DNA from: an uncultured Porphyromonas sp.
Lineage (GTDB): Bacteria; Bacteroidota; Bacteroidia; Bacteroidales; Porphyromonadaceae
Direction: 5' to 3'
Assembly (NCBI GenBank): GCA_900546675.1
Contig: URDQ01000001.1
Span: forward strand, 1-63,483
Length of the DNA: 63,483 nucleotides
The position numbers and the translations under genes were made by a program. The notes beneath the pieces are model-generated. The model was not told the DNA's origin, did no database searches, and worked only from the letters and a program-made list of their open reading frames with translations. The first letter of the stretch is position 1. Every line of letters starts with the position of its first letter. Below are positions 36,554-46,356 of this stretch, in pieces.

Positions 36554-37825
36554 TTACTCTACGGCTACTAGTTTCTGATAGCGTAGCATGGGGGAGGAGA
36601 GGTAGACGAGGGTCGTGTATTGGTTTTCTGTCTGGTAATAGTCGCCCTCGATAGCGTTGCTGGCTAGGGGAGCGGGCGATGGCGATGTGCTGTATCGGTA
36701 GCTGACGTAACCTCCCTTGACGAGGAGCGACAGCTCGAAGTAGCCTGTCTCGCGGTTGTAGCGTAGCGTGCGCTGCTCCTTAGGCAATGCATCGAAGGCG
36801 GCTCCCTCGATGAATGGGGTGCCATACCTGAGCGGGTCCTCGAGAGCCAGTCGCCAGGTGACGAGGTAGTAGTCTGTCATAGTCTCATCGTAGTACGGGT
36901 CGTAGTCTGTCTGGCGCACTTTGCGGTACCCATTGGCGTCAGGAGTGGTTATGTAGCTACCATTCGTTGGGTGGTCTAAATAAAGGTCAGCCTTAGTGGG
37001 TGTCTCCTGACTATTCAAGTGCTCCACACCCATATTCGCCTCGTAGGGCGACAATATCTCGTAAGCGCGCCACTCATTGCCCGCCGCAAAGGTGGCTCCG
37101 TCATGGCCCCTGAAGGTGAGACGCCCAGGAGCGAGGGAGGTGGGGCGGGTGAGATGCTGGTAGCGGGTGGAGGAGCCGTTTTGTCCGATAGTGACGAGTA
37201 GCTCCGTGAGCGGGTCGGTAGTCAGTGTGGGGGGAAAGGTTAGCTCTAGCTCCACTTGCTGAAAGCGAGAGTAGTTGCCCTCAGGCGTCGTTGGCACCAC
37301 CTGCTGAGCGACATCGGCTAGAGGCTCATAAAGGGCGAAGCTGGTGACGAAGATCGGCTCCTCTTGTAGCTCTTCGCACCAGGCGGTGAGACGATAATTG
37401 CCCGAGAGGAGCGGTTGTAGTACGGAGGCTCCTCCGAGGCGCAGCTCGTAGTGGCGATAGGCGACGTTCGTAGCTTCCGAGGGGGCGCTTTCGTCCGTCT
37501 GCCAGCGCGTTCCGATCCATCCGTCGAGGTATTCGCTAAGCGCCATACGGTCATTGACCTGCCAGTCAGCGTCGCACAGCTCCAGCAGGTAGTGGATACG
37601 GTGCGGGATAGGATCCTCGAGGTCAAAGCTTACCACGATCTCCTCGTCGCTACTAGCCAAGCGAGCGATCGGGTAGGGTATAGCGATCGGCTCTCCGTCA
37701 CGCCACACCTGACACTGTAGAGTCTGTACCTCTGTCGTATAGATGTGATGCGGGAATATCTCTCCTCCCGAGAGCGAGCCAGCGAGGGCTAGGAGGAGCA
37801 AGCAAAGCGTCCAAAGCTTATTCAT
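36554..37825 (-). CDS. Type IX secretion system Plug protein (DUF5103-like)
   Basis: Signal peptide, VSFD, CDADW, YRHY…SGNY, AGNEWR and EGDYYQTENQY. Start placed at MNKLW. Confidence 0.8.
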   Translation of the reverse strand: MNKLWTLCLLLLALAGSLSGGEIFPHHIYTTEVQTLQCQVWRDGEPIAIPYPIARLASSDEEIVVSFDLEDPIPHRIHYLLELCDADWQVNDRMALSEYLDGWIGTRWQTDESAPSEATNVAYRHYELRLGGASVLQPLLSGNYRLTAWCEELQEEPIFVTSFALYEPLADVAQQVVPTTPEGNYSRFQQVELELTFPPTLTTDPLTELLVTIGQNGSSTRYQHLTRPTSLAPGRLTFRGHDGATFAAGNEWRAYEILSPYEANMGVEHLNSQETPTKADLYLDHPTNGSYITTPDANGYRKVRQTDYDPYYDETMTDYYLVTWRLALEDPLRYGTPFIEGAAFDALPKEQRTLRYNRETGYFELSLLVKGGYVSYRYSTSPSPAPLASNAIEGDYYQTENQYTTLVYLSSPMLRYQKLVAVE

Positions 37826-37830
37826 CGTCC

Positions 37831-37861
37831 CAAAGTTACAGATCTTTGACCGAACGACAAA
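37831..37861 (-). promoter_or_regulatory. Promoter for plug-GH3
   Basis: TTTG (37858-37861) and TAACTTTG (37831-37838) on the minus strand, 19-nt spacer. Confidence 0.65.
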
Positions 37862-37883
37862 GAGTCCAGGATGCACTAGGCTC

Positions 37884-38011
37884 CGCAGACCTTACGAGTA
37901 ACCCGCTGTAGGGGCGGACCTATGTGTCCGCCCGTCCTCATCGGAGCGCAGTATGCCTTGTGGGCGGACACGCAGGTCCGCCCCTACAGCGGGTTACTCG
38001 TAAAGTTTGCG
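37884..38011. repeat. GTAG-type REP doublet (REPIN-like), second REP family
   Basis: Near-perfect 38-bp inverted arms containing TTACGAGTAACCCGCTGTAGGGGCGGACCT. Each REP (GGGCGGAC…GTCCGCCC) is itself a hairpin. Confidence 0.9.
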
Positions 38012-38039
38012 TAATTGAGGACTCGTGAGCGCACTAAAC

Positions 38040-38084
38040 AAAAAGGAGACAGACACCCCACGCGTGAGTATCTGTCTCCTTTTT
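38040..38084. terminator. Bidirectional intrinsic terminator after gyrA-TPR
   Basis: AAAAAGGAGACAGA / TCTGTCTCCTTTTT. Confidence 0.85.
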
Positions 38085-38124
38085 GTCTATTCGCTTAGCT
38101 CGAGGCTAGCGAGTCTCTTTGTGA

Positions 38125-39327
38125 TTAGTTGCCGTGAGCAGCTTGGATCTCCTCGTACTTAGCGTTGTCGCCCAGTGCGTAGTAGATATTACCGAGTAGG
38201 TAGTAAGAAGCGTCTGGATTGATGCTATAAGCCTTCTCGAGGTAGGGTAGCGCCTTGTTGAGCAGTGCTGTGCGCTTCTTCTGAGCAGCAGCCATACCGC
38301 CTTCCTCCTTGTCAGAGACCTCTACAGCCTTGTTGTAGTAGATACGTCCGATGTTACAGAGTGACTCGACGTAGTTAGGATCTACCTCTAGTGCTTTGCT
38401 AAACCACTTGATAGCTTCCTCCTCATTGCTCTCCTCGTAGAGCTTACCCATCACGTCATAGAGCTGGGGGTTCTCGGGGTTGAGCTCGATAGCCTGAGTG
38501 AGGAAGGTACGTGCCTCGTCATACTTGTTCTGTACGATGTAAGTATTGATTAGGTTGACAGAGTAGTATGGCTCCTTGGGGAAGAGCTTGAGACCCTCTC
38601 GCATCGTCGTGATGTAGTTGGCCGTGTCGCCTTCCTCGATGTAGGTCTGAGCGAGGATCTGGTAGACCTCGTTCTGGCGATAGCCGTTGCCCTTGAGCTC
38701 CTCACCGTATTGGATAGCGAGCTGCTTGTCGCCAGCCTGATAAGCTGTGATGATAGCAAAGAAGTCCACCATCATAGAGTTGGAGTCAGGCTGAGCAATC
38801 TTCTCTCCCTCGAATAGAGGAGAGCGCTTGATCTCTCTAAAAGCCTGGAATGCTTTGAGCGCATTCTTGAAGTCCTTCTGCTCCATATAGTACCCTCCGG
38901 CATTGATGTAGTAAAGGAGGTTCTCCTCGTAAGCCTTAGAGATCTTCTTCTCAAACTTGGGGCGCACCTTGCCCTTGTCATTGGGCTGGTGGTCGATCTC
39001 GTAGGTCTTTGTGTAGTACTCGTGCATAGCGAGTAGAGCTTTGTACATATTGGGGAGGTCTTGAGGCTCACCCTTGAGGCTCTTTTGGTTCTCGCCTGTG
39101 AAAGCACGCTCCTCGACGAGACCCGCAGTGTACCACGTCTTGGCATCGTCTTTTGTCTCAGGGTTTTCAAGCGCCTGCTGGATTAGGTTACGAGCCTCAG
39201 GATAGTTAGGCTTGCTCGCATCGGATAGACGGTCAGCACCTTTGACGTTGGCGGTCTGTGCGTATCCGAATGTTAGTGCACTCATCAGCACGAGTAGCAC
39301 TAGGGTTACTTTGCGTGTTGTTTTCAT
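38125..39327 (-). CDS. Periplasmic TPR protein (TprA-like, downstream of gyrA)
   Basis: Signal peptide (YA-Q), AKTWYTAG and multiple TPRs (AIELNPEN, KALEVDPNY). Confidence 0.9.
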   Translation of the reverse strand: MKTTRKVTLVLLVLMSALTFGYAQTANVKGADRLSDASKPNYPEARNLIQQALENPETKDDAKTWYTAGLVEERAFTGENQKSLKGEPQDLPNMYKALLAMHEYYTKTYEIDHQPNDKGKVRPKFEKKISKAYEENLLYYINAGGYYMEQKDFKNALKAFQAFREIKRSPLFEGEKIAQPDSNSMMVDFFAIITAYQAGDKQLAIQYGEELKGNGYRQNEVYQILAQTYIEEGDTANYITTMREGLKLFPKEPYYSVNLINTYIVQNKYDEARTFLTQAIELNPENPQLYDVMGKLYEESNEEEAIKWFSKALEVDPNYVESLCNIGRIYYNKAVEVSDKEEGGMAAAQKKRTALLNKALPYLEKAYSINPDASYYLLGNIYYALGDNAKYEEIQAAHGN

Positions 39328-39388
39328 ATTTCAAGTAGATGTTACTGGTTTATAATCTAGTTCTCTTGTAGTGTCTAGCTAGTGAAGC

Positions 39389-41971
39389 CTACTCTTGATC
39401 ATCATTGACCTCTAGCTCGTCGTCTGGGTCTGATCCTAGCAGATCCTCCTCCTGAGGGATAAACTCTGAGGGGTCGTCTAGGTCAGCCTCATCGAGCAGC
39501 TCTGGTTCCTCTTCCTCAGCCACTACATTACATATAGATGCAATTTCGTCCGAACGTTTATTGAGGTCGATCATTTTGACCCCTTGAGTAGCGCGTCCCA
39601 TGACACGTACTTGCTCCATAGAGAGACGGATAGCGACACCACTCTTATTGATGATCATAATGTTGTCGTCATCCTCTACGGCACGTATATCGATGAGCTG
39701 ACCCGTCTTGTCGGTCACGTTGATCGTCTTGACACCCTTGGCGCCACGCTTGGTGATGCGGTAGTCATCGATGAGCGAACGCTTACCATAGCCCTTCTCG
39801 CTGATGACGAGGATCGTCTCCTCACTGTTTTTCAAGCGATGTACGACCATACCGATCACCTTGTCGTTGGGATCGTCATCGAGACGGATGCCTCGTACGC
39901 CTGTCGCTGTGCGTCCCATAGGACGTACCTCCTTTTCGTTAAAGCGGACACAGCGTCCATTGCGGTTGGCTAGGAATATCTCGCAGTTACCATTCGAGAG
40001 AGCCACCGAAACGACCTGATCATCGTCACGTAGATTGATCGCACGGACACCCGTCTTGCGTGGGTTAGCGTAGTGAGCTAGGAGCGTCTTCTTGATCAAG
40101 CCCTGCTCAGTAGCGAAGACAAGGTAGTGTGTATTGACAAACTCCTCGTCGGTCGTCAAGTTCTTAATACGTAGGAAAGCCGTGACACGGTTCTCCTCGT
40201 CTAGGTCTAGGAGGTTCTGGATATGTCTGCCCTTAGAGCTCTTGGAGCCCTCAGGTATCTCAAAGACTCTGAGCCAGTAGACACGTCCCGTAGCGGTAAA
40301 GAGCATCATCGTAGCGTGCATCGTCGCCGAGTAGATGTACTCGACAAAGTCCTCGTCACGACTATCAGCACCCTTGACACCGACCCCGCCACGCGTCTGC
40401 GTGCGGAACTCCGAGAGAGGCGTACGCTTGATATATCCTAGGTGAGATATGGTGATCACCATATCCTCATCGGCGTAGAAGTCCTCGGGATTCAAGTCTT
40501 CTGAAGCATATACGATCTCCGAGCGACGCTCATCGCCATACTTGTCGATGATCTCACGGCACTCCTCCTGTATCAGCTCCATACGCATATTGATGTCGCT
40601 GAGGAAGAGGTTTAGGTAGTCGATACGCTCCTTGAGCTCATTGTACTCATGCTGTAGCTTGTCAATATCGAGTTTCGTGAGCTGTCGGAGACGCATATCG
40701 ACGATAGCACGGGCCTGTAGCTCCGAGAGGTTGAACGTCTCCATCAGTCGATTCATCGCCTCGCGTGTCTCCTCACTAGAGCGGATGATGCGTATGACCT
40801 CGTCAATGTGATCTACCGCAATGATCAAGCCCTCCAAGATGTGGATGCGTTCTTGCGCCTTGCGAAGCTCATACTGCGCACGACGTGTCACCACCTCGTG
40901 GCGGTGATCGACGAAGTGTCCGATGAGGTCCTTGAGGTTGAGCAGGCGAGGACGACCGTGGACTAGCGCAATGTTATTGACACTAAAGTAGCTCTCTAGG
41001 TCGGAGTACTTATATAGGTAGTTGAGTACGACGCCAGCGTTGGCATCCTTCTTTATATCTATGACAATGCGGATACCCTTATTGCTCGACTCGTCAGATA
41101 TGTCGCTGATGCCGTCGATCTTCTTCTCGTTGACCAGCTGGGCAATCTTAGCGACCATATCGCTCTTGCGTACCTGATAGGGTATCTCACGGATGATGAT
41201 CCGCTCGTGGTTGTTGTGCTCCTCTATGTCTGCCTTGCCACGTATCACGATACGTCCGCGGCCTGTGTGGAATGCCTCTTTGACCCCCTCGTAGCCGTAG
41301 ATGACACCACCCGTGGGGAAGTCTGGCGCCTTGACATACTGCATCAGCTCATCGACCGTGATCTCGCCACGCGCATCGATGTAAGCGATACAAGCATTGA
41401 GCGTCTCGGTGAGGTTGTGCGGAGCCATATTGGTCGCCATACCGACGGCGATACCAGCAGCGCCATTGATCAGGAGGTTAGGAATGCGACAAGGTAGTAC
41501 AGTGGGCTCCTTAAAGTCTCCATCGAAGTTGTCTTGAAAGTCCACCGTCTCCATATCAATATCCCGGAGCATCTCCTGGGCAAACTGATTGAGCCTCGAC
41601 TCGGTGTAACGCATCGCAGCGGGTGAGTCTCCGTCGATAGAGCCAAAGTTACCCTGTCCCTGTACGAGCGGGTAACGCATATTCCAGCCCTGTGCAAGAC
41701 GTACCAATGTATTATATACGGAGCTGTCGCCATGGGGGTGATACTTACCTAATATATCACCGACGGCGCGAGCACACTTGCGGGTAGGATTATTGTAAGT
41801 ATTGCCACTCTCATTCATCGAGTAGAGTACACGTCGATGCACTGGCTTGAGGCCGTCACGCACATCGGGGAGTGCACGAGAGACGATGACAGACATTGAG
41901 TAGTCAATGTAAGAGGTCTTCATCTCGTCCTCAATATCCACTGGGATAATCCTATCTATACTATCTTCCAT
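39389..41971 (-). CDS. gyrA: DNA gyrase subunit A
   Basis: RALPDVRDGLKPVHRR, HPHGDS, AAMRYTE, GyrA box QTRGGVG and an acidic tail. Start placed at MEDSID. Confidence 0.98.
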   Translation of the reverse strand: MEDSIDRIIPVDIEDEMKTSYIDYSMSVIVSRALPDVRDGLKPVHRRVLYSMNESGNTYNNPTRKCARAVGDILGKYHPHGDSSVYNTLVRLAQGWNMRYPLVQGQGNFGSIDGDSPAAMRYTESRLNQFAQEMLRDIDMETVDFQDNFDGDFKEPTVLPCRIPNLLINGAAGIAVGMATNMAPHNLTETLNACIAYIDARGEITVDELMQYVKAPDFPTGGVIYGYEGVKEAFHTGRGRIVIRGKADIEEHNNHERIIIREIPYQVRKSDMVAKIAQLVNEKKIDGISDISDESSNKGIRIVIDIKKDANAGVVLNYLYKYSDLESYFSVNNIALVHGRPRLLNLKDLIGHFVDHRHEVVTRRAQYELRKAQERIHILEGLIIAVDHIDEVIRIIRSSEETREAMNRLMETFNLSELQARAIVDMRLRQLTKLDIDKLQHEYNELKERIDYLNLFLSDINMRMELIQEECREIIDKYGDERRSEIVYASEDLNPEDFYADEDMVITISHLGYIKRTPLSEFRTQTRGGVGVKGADSRDEDFVEYIYSATMHATMMLFTATGRVYWLRVFEIPEGSKSSKGRHIQNLLDLDEENRVTAFLRIKNLTTDEEFVNTHYLVFATEQGLIKKTLLAHYANPRKTGVRAINLRDDDQVVSVALSNGNCEIFLANRNGRCVRFNEKEVRPMGRTATGVRGIRLDDDPNDKVIGMVVHRLKNSEETILVISEKGYGKRSLIDDYRITKRGAKGVKTINVTDKTGQLIDIRAVEDDDNIMIINKSGVAIRLSMEQVRVMGRATQGVKMIDLNKRSDEIASICNVVAEEEEPELLDEADLDDPSEFIPQEEDLLGSDPDDELEVNDDQE

Positions 41972-42257
41972 AGAGTCAATTGTGTTTATTCGCTTGGTCG
42001 TAGAGGTCAGTAGATCAGGTTCGGAGCGAATAGCCCCGAGTTGTCCACCCTCACCCAGCAAGTGCCATTCATCCAGCTAAAAGCTGAGAGAGACCTCTAC
42101 TTTCAGATGGCTAAGTTACGAAAAATATCTCTATCCGATGAAGATTCGCTGTGGTCGCAGATTCTAGTGTCAAGTGAAATGCGGCTCCACTTGACGTGTA
42201 GTGATTTGTAAAACATTGAGACGTGTAACCACTAACCACTAATCTCTGAGCCGATAG

Positions 42258-42417
42258 CCACGTGGAGAATCGTAAATTCCCACGTGAGGAAGAAACATTC
42301 TCCACGTGGGCGAGAAATAAAACTTCGGAGGAAACGAATGAAACTTCGGAGGAAATGTTTCTCGCCTACGTGGAGAATCTGTATTCTCTACGTGGAGATT
42401 TCAGATTTCTCACGTGG
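42258..42417 (+). repeat. Family A element (full 8-unit copy)
   Basis: Cores at 42259, 42281, 42303, 42324, 42345, 42367, 42389 and 42411. Same 22,22,21,21,22,22,22 spacing as the 28401 copy. Confidence 0.92.
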
Positions 42418-42474
42418 AGATGTTTCTCAGACTCGCTTGCGAGACTTTCGTTGTCTGTGGAAATGAGATAAGGA

Positions 42475-42513
42475 AGCAGGCTCGACCACCTCATCGAAGC
42501 GATCGAGCCTGCT
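42475..42513 (-). terminator. Terminator-like hairpin after pepC
   Basis: AGCAGGCTCGA / TCGAGCCTGCT inverted repeat. Confidence 0.65.
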
Positions 42514-42598
42514 CTAGGTACTCTGTATAATTTGGATTAGATAGCGATAATCTAGCTATCCGATGCTTTTAGTCTATTGTCTCTGTGCGACTACTCGA

Positions 42599-44005
42599 CT
42601 ACTCTTCGGCACGAAACATAGGACTCCATGGGGGGAGTAGCTTGGGTGTCTTGCCCTGTAGCTCTTTGGCACGTGGCGTGAGGTACTTCTTATGAACCAC
42701 AAGGCGGAAGGTGTATGCGTCAAACCACGCGTCCGTCATAATCAGATGTCCCTGGTGTCCGGAGGTCGCTCCCCAGCTGTTCTCTACCATCCACTTGGTG
42801 GGCTTGCCTGACTTGTCTAGGTCTACCGCTACGAGTGTCATAGCGTGTGTGGAGCCGCTGTCAAAGGATGCGATGCGCTCGCCCTTTGTCATAGTCATCG
42901 GGACACCCGTGATCGCCTCATAGTCGTCGTAGCCGAGCGTGAGTAAGCCTGACTCTTTATTGAGTTCCTTGCCTACGTCGCAAGAGTAGTACATCATATT
43001 GCCCTCCTTGAGGGAGGCTATGGCCATCTCCTTGATCTCCTCCATGGGGAGGTTGATGTAGGTCCAGTCCTTGCCGTCCCAAGCGTGGCGGTCATACTCG
43101 ATGGCATAGGTCTCGTAGTAAGGCTGTGAGGGGTCGTTCATGATCATCACGTAGTCATCCTTGAGGTTGACTCCGACATGCTCTTGGTAGAAGCTCAGCG
43201 GGGTATACTCCTTGGTCGAGAGCACCTTGCCGTCGGCATCTCTGAGGGTATACTCAAAGGTGGTGGGCGGTGTGCTGAGGTTAAGGCAGAGGAGGCGATA
43301 GATAGCTTGTAGTGTGGTCTCCTTGTCCTTGCGAAGCTCTGCCAGTGTGGCACCTTGCTGAGCTTTGCTACGTAGCTCCATACCGCCCTGACGGAGGAGC
43401 TTGGCAATGAGTGAGGAGAGACGTGCGGTGTTATTGCTGCTGTAGGTCTCAGGCATCACGTCGCTGGGTACGACACCATACTTGAGGAGGTTGTCTGAGA
43501 TGCCAGTAAACTGCCCGCCGTCATTGATCGGGTGCTGGAAGAGCCACTCTACCTTGCGGTCGGTGATGGGGAGTGTGCGGGTCTCGAGGATACCCTCAAG
43601 GAAGAGGTTGGCCTTCTCTAGCTGATCCCAAAAGAAGGAGTAGCAGTGGGAGAAGTAAAACTCTCCGAGGTTGTTGTCCTTGATAAACTGAGCACGTAGC
43701 ACGTTAAAGCCAGTGAAGAGCCAGCAGCGACCAGATCTCTGCTGATCGGTAATCCCCTTCGTAGGTACTCGGTAGGTGAAGTGGTCGTCGGGCGGTGTCA
43801 TAAGCTCGGCATTGGCGAGTACCATACCGTTTTGGACGATGCTGTTGTGTAGGGCTCGCTCAGCTGGACCCTTTGGAGTGGCTTGCTGGAGCTTCTGCAG
43901 GAGCTCTGGCGTGATGGCTCCGTCCGTGCGATTGGTGCTTTCACTCTGTGCTAGTAGCATAATGCTGGATAGTAATAGGAGTAAGGGAAAGAGAAGTTTC
44001 TTCAT
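42599..44005 (-). CDS. pepC: Secreted C1B cysteine aminopeptidase (aminopeptidase C/bleomycin hydrolase family)
   Basis: Signal peptide, QQRSGRCW, THAM and ENSWG catalytic motifs. Confidence 0.92.
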   Translation of the reverse strand: MKKLLFPLLLLLSSIMLLAQSESTNRTDGAITPELLQKLQQATPKGPAERALHNSIVQNGMVLANAELMTPPDDHFTYRVPTKGITDQQRSGRCWLFTGFNVLRAQFIKDNNLGEFYFSHCYSFFWDQLEKANLFLEGILETRTLPITDRKVEWLFQHPINDGGQFTGISDNLLKYGVVPSDVMPETYSSNNTARLSSLIAKLLRQGGMELRSKAQQGATLAELRKDKETTLQAIYRLLCLNLSTPPTTFEYTLRDADGKVLSTKEYTPLSFYQEHVGVNLKDDYVMIMNDPSQPYYETYAIEYDRHAWDGKDWTYINLPMEEIKEMAIASLKEGNMMYYSCDVGKELNKESGLLTLGYDDYEAITGVPMTMTKGERIASFDSGSTHAMTLVAVDLDKSGKPTKWMVENSWGATSGHQGHLIMTDAWFDAYTFRLVVHKKYLTPRAKELQGKTPKLLPPWSPMFRAEE

Positions 44006-44022
44006 AAAAGCGTATGTATAGA

Positions 44023-46356
44023 TTATATGACGGCAAAGGGTATGGAGTAGCTGTGCTTGCCCTCGCTGTCTGATAGTAATGCGTGGTAAATGCCTGAGGG
44101 GTAACGCTCACCACTCGGTAGGCGGGTGGTGATGGTGAGCTGCCCTGTGAGTGCTACCTCCTGATAGATCAGATTGCCAGCACCATCTAAGATGCGTACT
44201 GTGGTACCTGCGGGGAGCTTGGAGAGTGTGATTTGGTCGGGGTCTTCGGGTCGTAGCGGATTGGGGTAGATGTAGACCTCTTTGCTCTGTGTGGACCAGT
44301 CGCTCGTCTGACCGATATATAAGGAGACAAGCCCTGCCGAGCTGGCTATGTAGAGTTCTCCACGCTCTTGGTCGATGGCGAGAGAGAGCACATCGTTGGT
44401 GAGCAGAGGACTATTGTCCTTGGTGTAGTGAGCTAGTAGCTGCGTGCCGTCTGGCGAGAGGAGGTAAAGGCCGTCAGAACCAGTGCCGCACCACTTATTG
44501 CCGAGTGCATCGATGGCGATGGAGGTGATGGGCATATTGTCTAGGACATAGTAGAGATTGGGCTCCTCGCCACCTACGGGTCTAGAGGCTAGCGGGGTGC
44601 TCTGCGAGATGAATGTGCTGGGACTAGCAATGCTGATAGGCCCTTTGTCTGTGGCTATCCAGAGACTACCAGAGGGGTCTAGAGCTAGGTCGTAGTAGTA
44701 TTTGGCAGCTATCTCCTTGCCAGTGCGATCGACGAACTTAGTGACGAGGCGGTACTCATCGTCTGACTGATCTAGAGGTGTACCTTTGTCGTCAAAGATG
44801 AAGACACCATTGTTGCCATCTGCGCTTCGGTGGAATATGAGCAACCACTTGACACCATTGGGTAGAGCCAGCATAGGACCGAAAGCATTAACCAGCTCTA
44901 TGTCTGGGTACGAGATAGCTTTCATCGTGCCATCAGGAGTACGCACTACGAGGGGGTTGGCTATCAACCCTTGACCTTGTGCCATCCATAGATTGCCTCT
45001 ATGGTCGTAGCATAGCGAGCCGACACGGACGTTGTGTGCTGTGGGTGAGTCATTGTCCCAAGCTCTGACGAATGGAGCATTGTCTGGAGTGTATCGATTG
45101 ATGACTTGGTCGCCTTGTATTTCGTAGAGACCATCTCCCCACGATCCGACGAAGTAGTGATCAGCGTCACGAGGGTCTACGGCTATGGAGACGAGGTCGT
45201 AAACGGGGATATCGCCCGTCTGCTGCCGGATCTCGCGATAGTCCCAGGTGCGCCAGAGGGGTGGGGTATAGATCTGTATGTAACCCGGCTGCCAGTAAGC
45301 GTTGGTGCGACGTCCTCCACTGACGGAGTAGAGCCTGCCATGCTGGTGTGTGAGGTAGAAGTGCTTGTTGGACTTCGGAGCGTTGGCTTCTAGTGCTAGC
45401 TTTTCGAGAGAGACGTTTCCATTGCTAGCGGAGGCGAGGTTAGCTTTGTAGAGAGCGCCATCGGCTGTGAACCAGAGTTTGTCTGGAGAGCTGTCGCCCG
45501 AGAGGCTGTGCAGATGAGCGGGGAGATCAATGCGAATACGCTCGCTCCCAGCTCGCCATACGAGAAGCGAGTCGGCTCCTGCGACCGCTACTCCCTCGGC
45601 TAGCGGGAAGAGTCGCTCAGCCCAGCCGCTCTGCGCCATCATCTGAGGGGTGACATTGGCTTGGGCTAGCGTGGTGCGATAGAGATTGTTAAGGTTGTCG
45701 ATGTACCAGAGCGATCCGTCGGGTAGGGCGGTGATAGCGGTGATCCCCTTCTGCGGTAAGCCCGCAACGGGACTCCACGAGGCGGGGTCTTGCAAGTTTT
45801 GCGAGAGGGTACTAGAGCGTAGCCCTTCGTTGGTCAGCGCATAGAGCTTTTCGTCTAGAGCAAAGGCGTCTAGCACCTCTTTGCCTAGAAAGGCTGTGGC
45901 TACGATCTGATGATTGTCGAGGTCGATCTGCATAAGCCCAAAGTGACCTGCGATGAAGGCATACTTTTTGTAGTAGAAGATGCGTGTGGCGGTCTTGTCG
46001 TTGAGCATACTATTGTCGCTGATGCCCACTAGGTTGTAGATGCGATCGCTGTAGATGAGGTCTATACGCCCCGATGTGTAGTAGGCGGTAGTGACCTGCT
46101 GGCTAGGCGAGTAGCGGATCATCTCGGCATCAAGGTCGCTGATGGGAGTCATACCATCGAGGAGATGAATCTCGTCAGGATGCTCTGGAGAGATGGTGCC
46201 GATGACGCCCCCCGTGGTGAAGAGTACCTGCTCGGGCAGGTCGGCCACAAGTTCTACATCTCCTACGGCTAGATGCCACTGCCACAGCTGCTCCTGAGCT
46301 GCTAGCGGGAGGGTGCATAGAAGGAGTGGGAGGAGTAGGTGTATAGGGGCTTTCAT
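44023..46356 (-). CDS. porZ: T9SS surface beta-propeller protein PorZ
   Basis: QWQWHL N-terminus, propeller repeats (IAIDALGNKWCGT…GLYLLS, NSPLLTNDV) and a T9SS CTD (VYIYPNPLRP…SGIY). Confidence 0.85.
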   Translation of the reverse strand: MKAPIHLLLPLLLCTLPLAAQEQLWQWHLAVGDVELVADLPEQVLFTTGGVIGTISPEHPDEIHLLDGMTPISDLDAEMIRYSPSQQVTTAYYTSGRIDLIYSDRIYNLVGISDNSMLNDKTATRIFYYKKYAFIAGHFGLMQIDLDNHQIVATAFLGKEVLDAFALDEKLYALTNEGLRSSTLSQNLQDPASWSPVAGLPQKGITAITALPDGSLWYIDNLNNLYRTTLAQANVTPQMMAQSGWAERLFPLAEGVAVAGADSLLVWRAGSERIRIDLPAHLHSLSGDSSPDKLWFTADGALYKANLASASNGNVSLEKLALEANAPKSNKHFYLTHQHGRLYSVSGGRRTNAYWQPGYIQIYTPPLWRTWDYREIRQQTGDIPVYDLVSIAVDPRDADHYFVGSWGDGLYEIQGDQVINRYTPDNAPFVRAWDNDSPTAHNVRVGSLCYDHRGNLWMAQGQGLIANPLVVRTPDGTMKAISYPDIELVNAFGPMLALPNGVKWLLIFHRSADGNNGVFIFDDKGTPLDQSDDEYRLVTKFVDRTGKEIAAKYYYDLALDPSGSLWIATDKGPISIASPSTFISQSTPLASRPVGGEEPNLYYVLDNMPITSIAIDALGNKWCGTGSDGLYLLSPDGTQLLAHYTKDNSPLLTNDVLSLAIDQERGELYIASSAGLVSLYIGQTSDWSTQSKEVYIYPNPLRPEDPDQITLSKLPAGTTVRILDGAGNLIYQEVALTGQLTITTRLPSGERYPSGIYHALLSDSEGKHSYSIPFAVI

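Noticed and set aside
41700..41745. GyrA QRDR HPHGDSSVYN (Asn at the E. coli Asp87 position) as a quinolone-resistance mutation
   Set aside because: This position varies naturally in Bacteroidota and the Ser83 equivalent is intact. It cannot be called without the species wild type.
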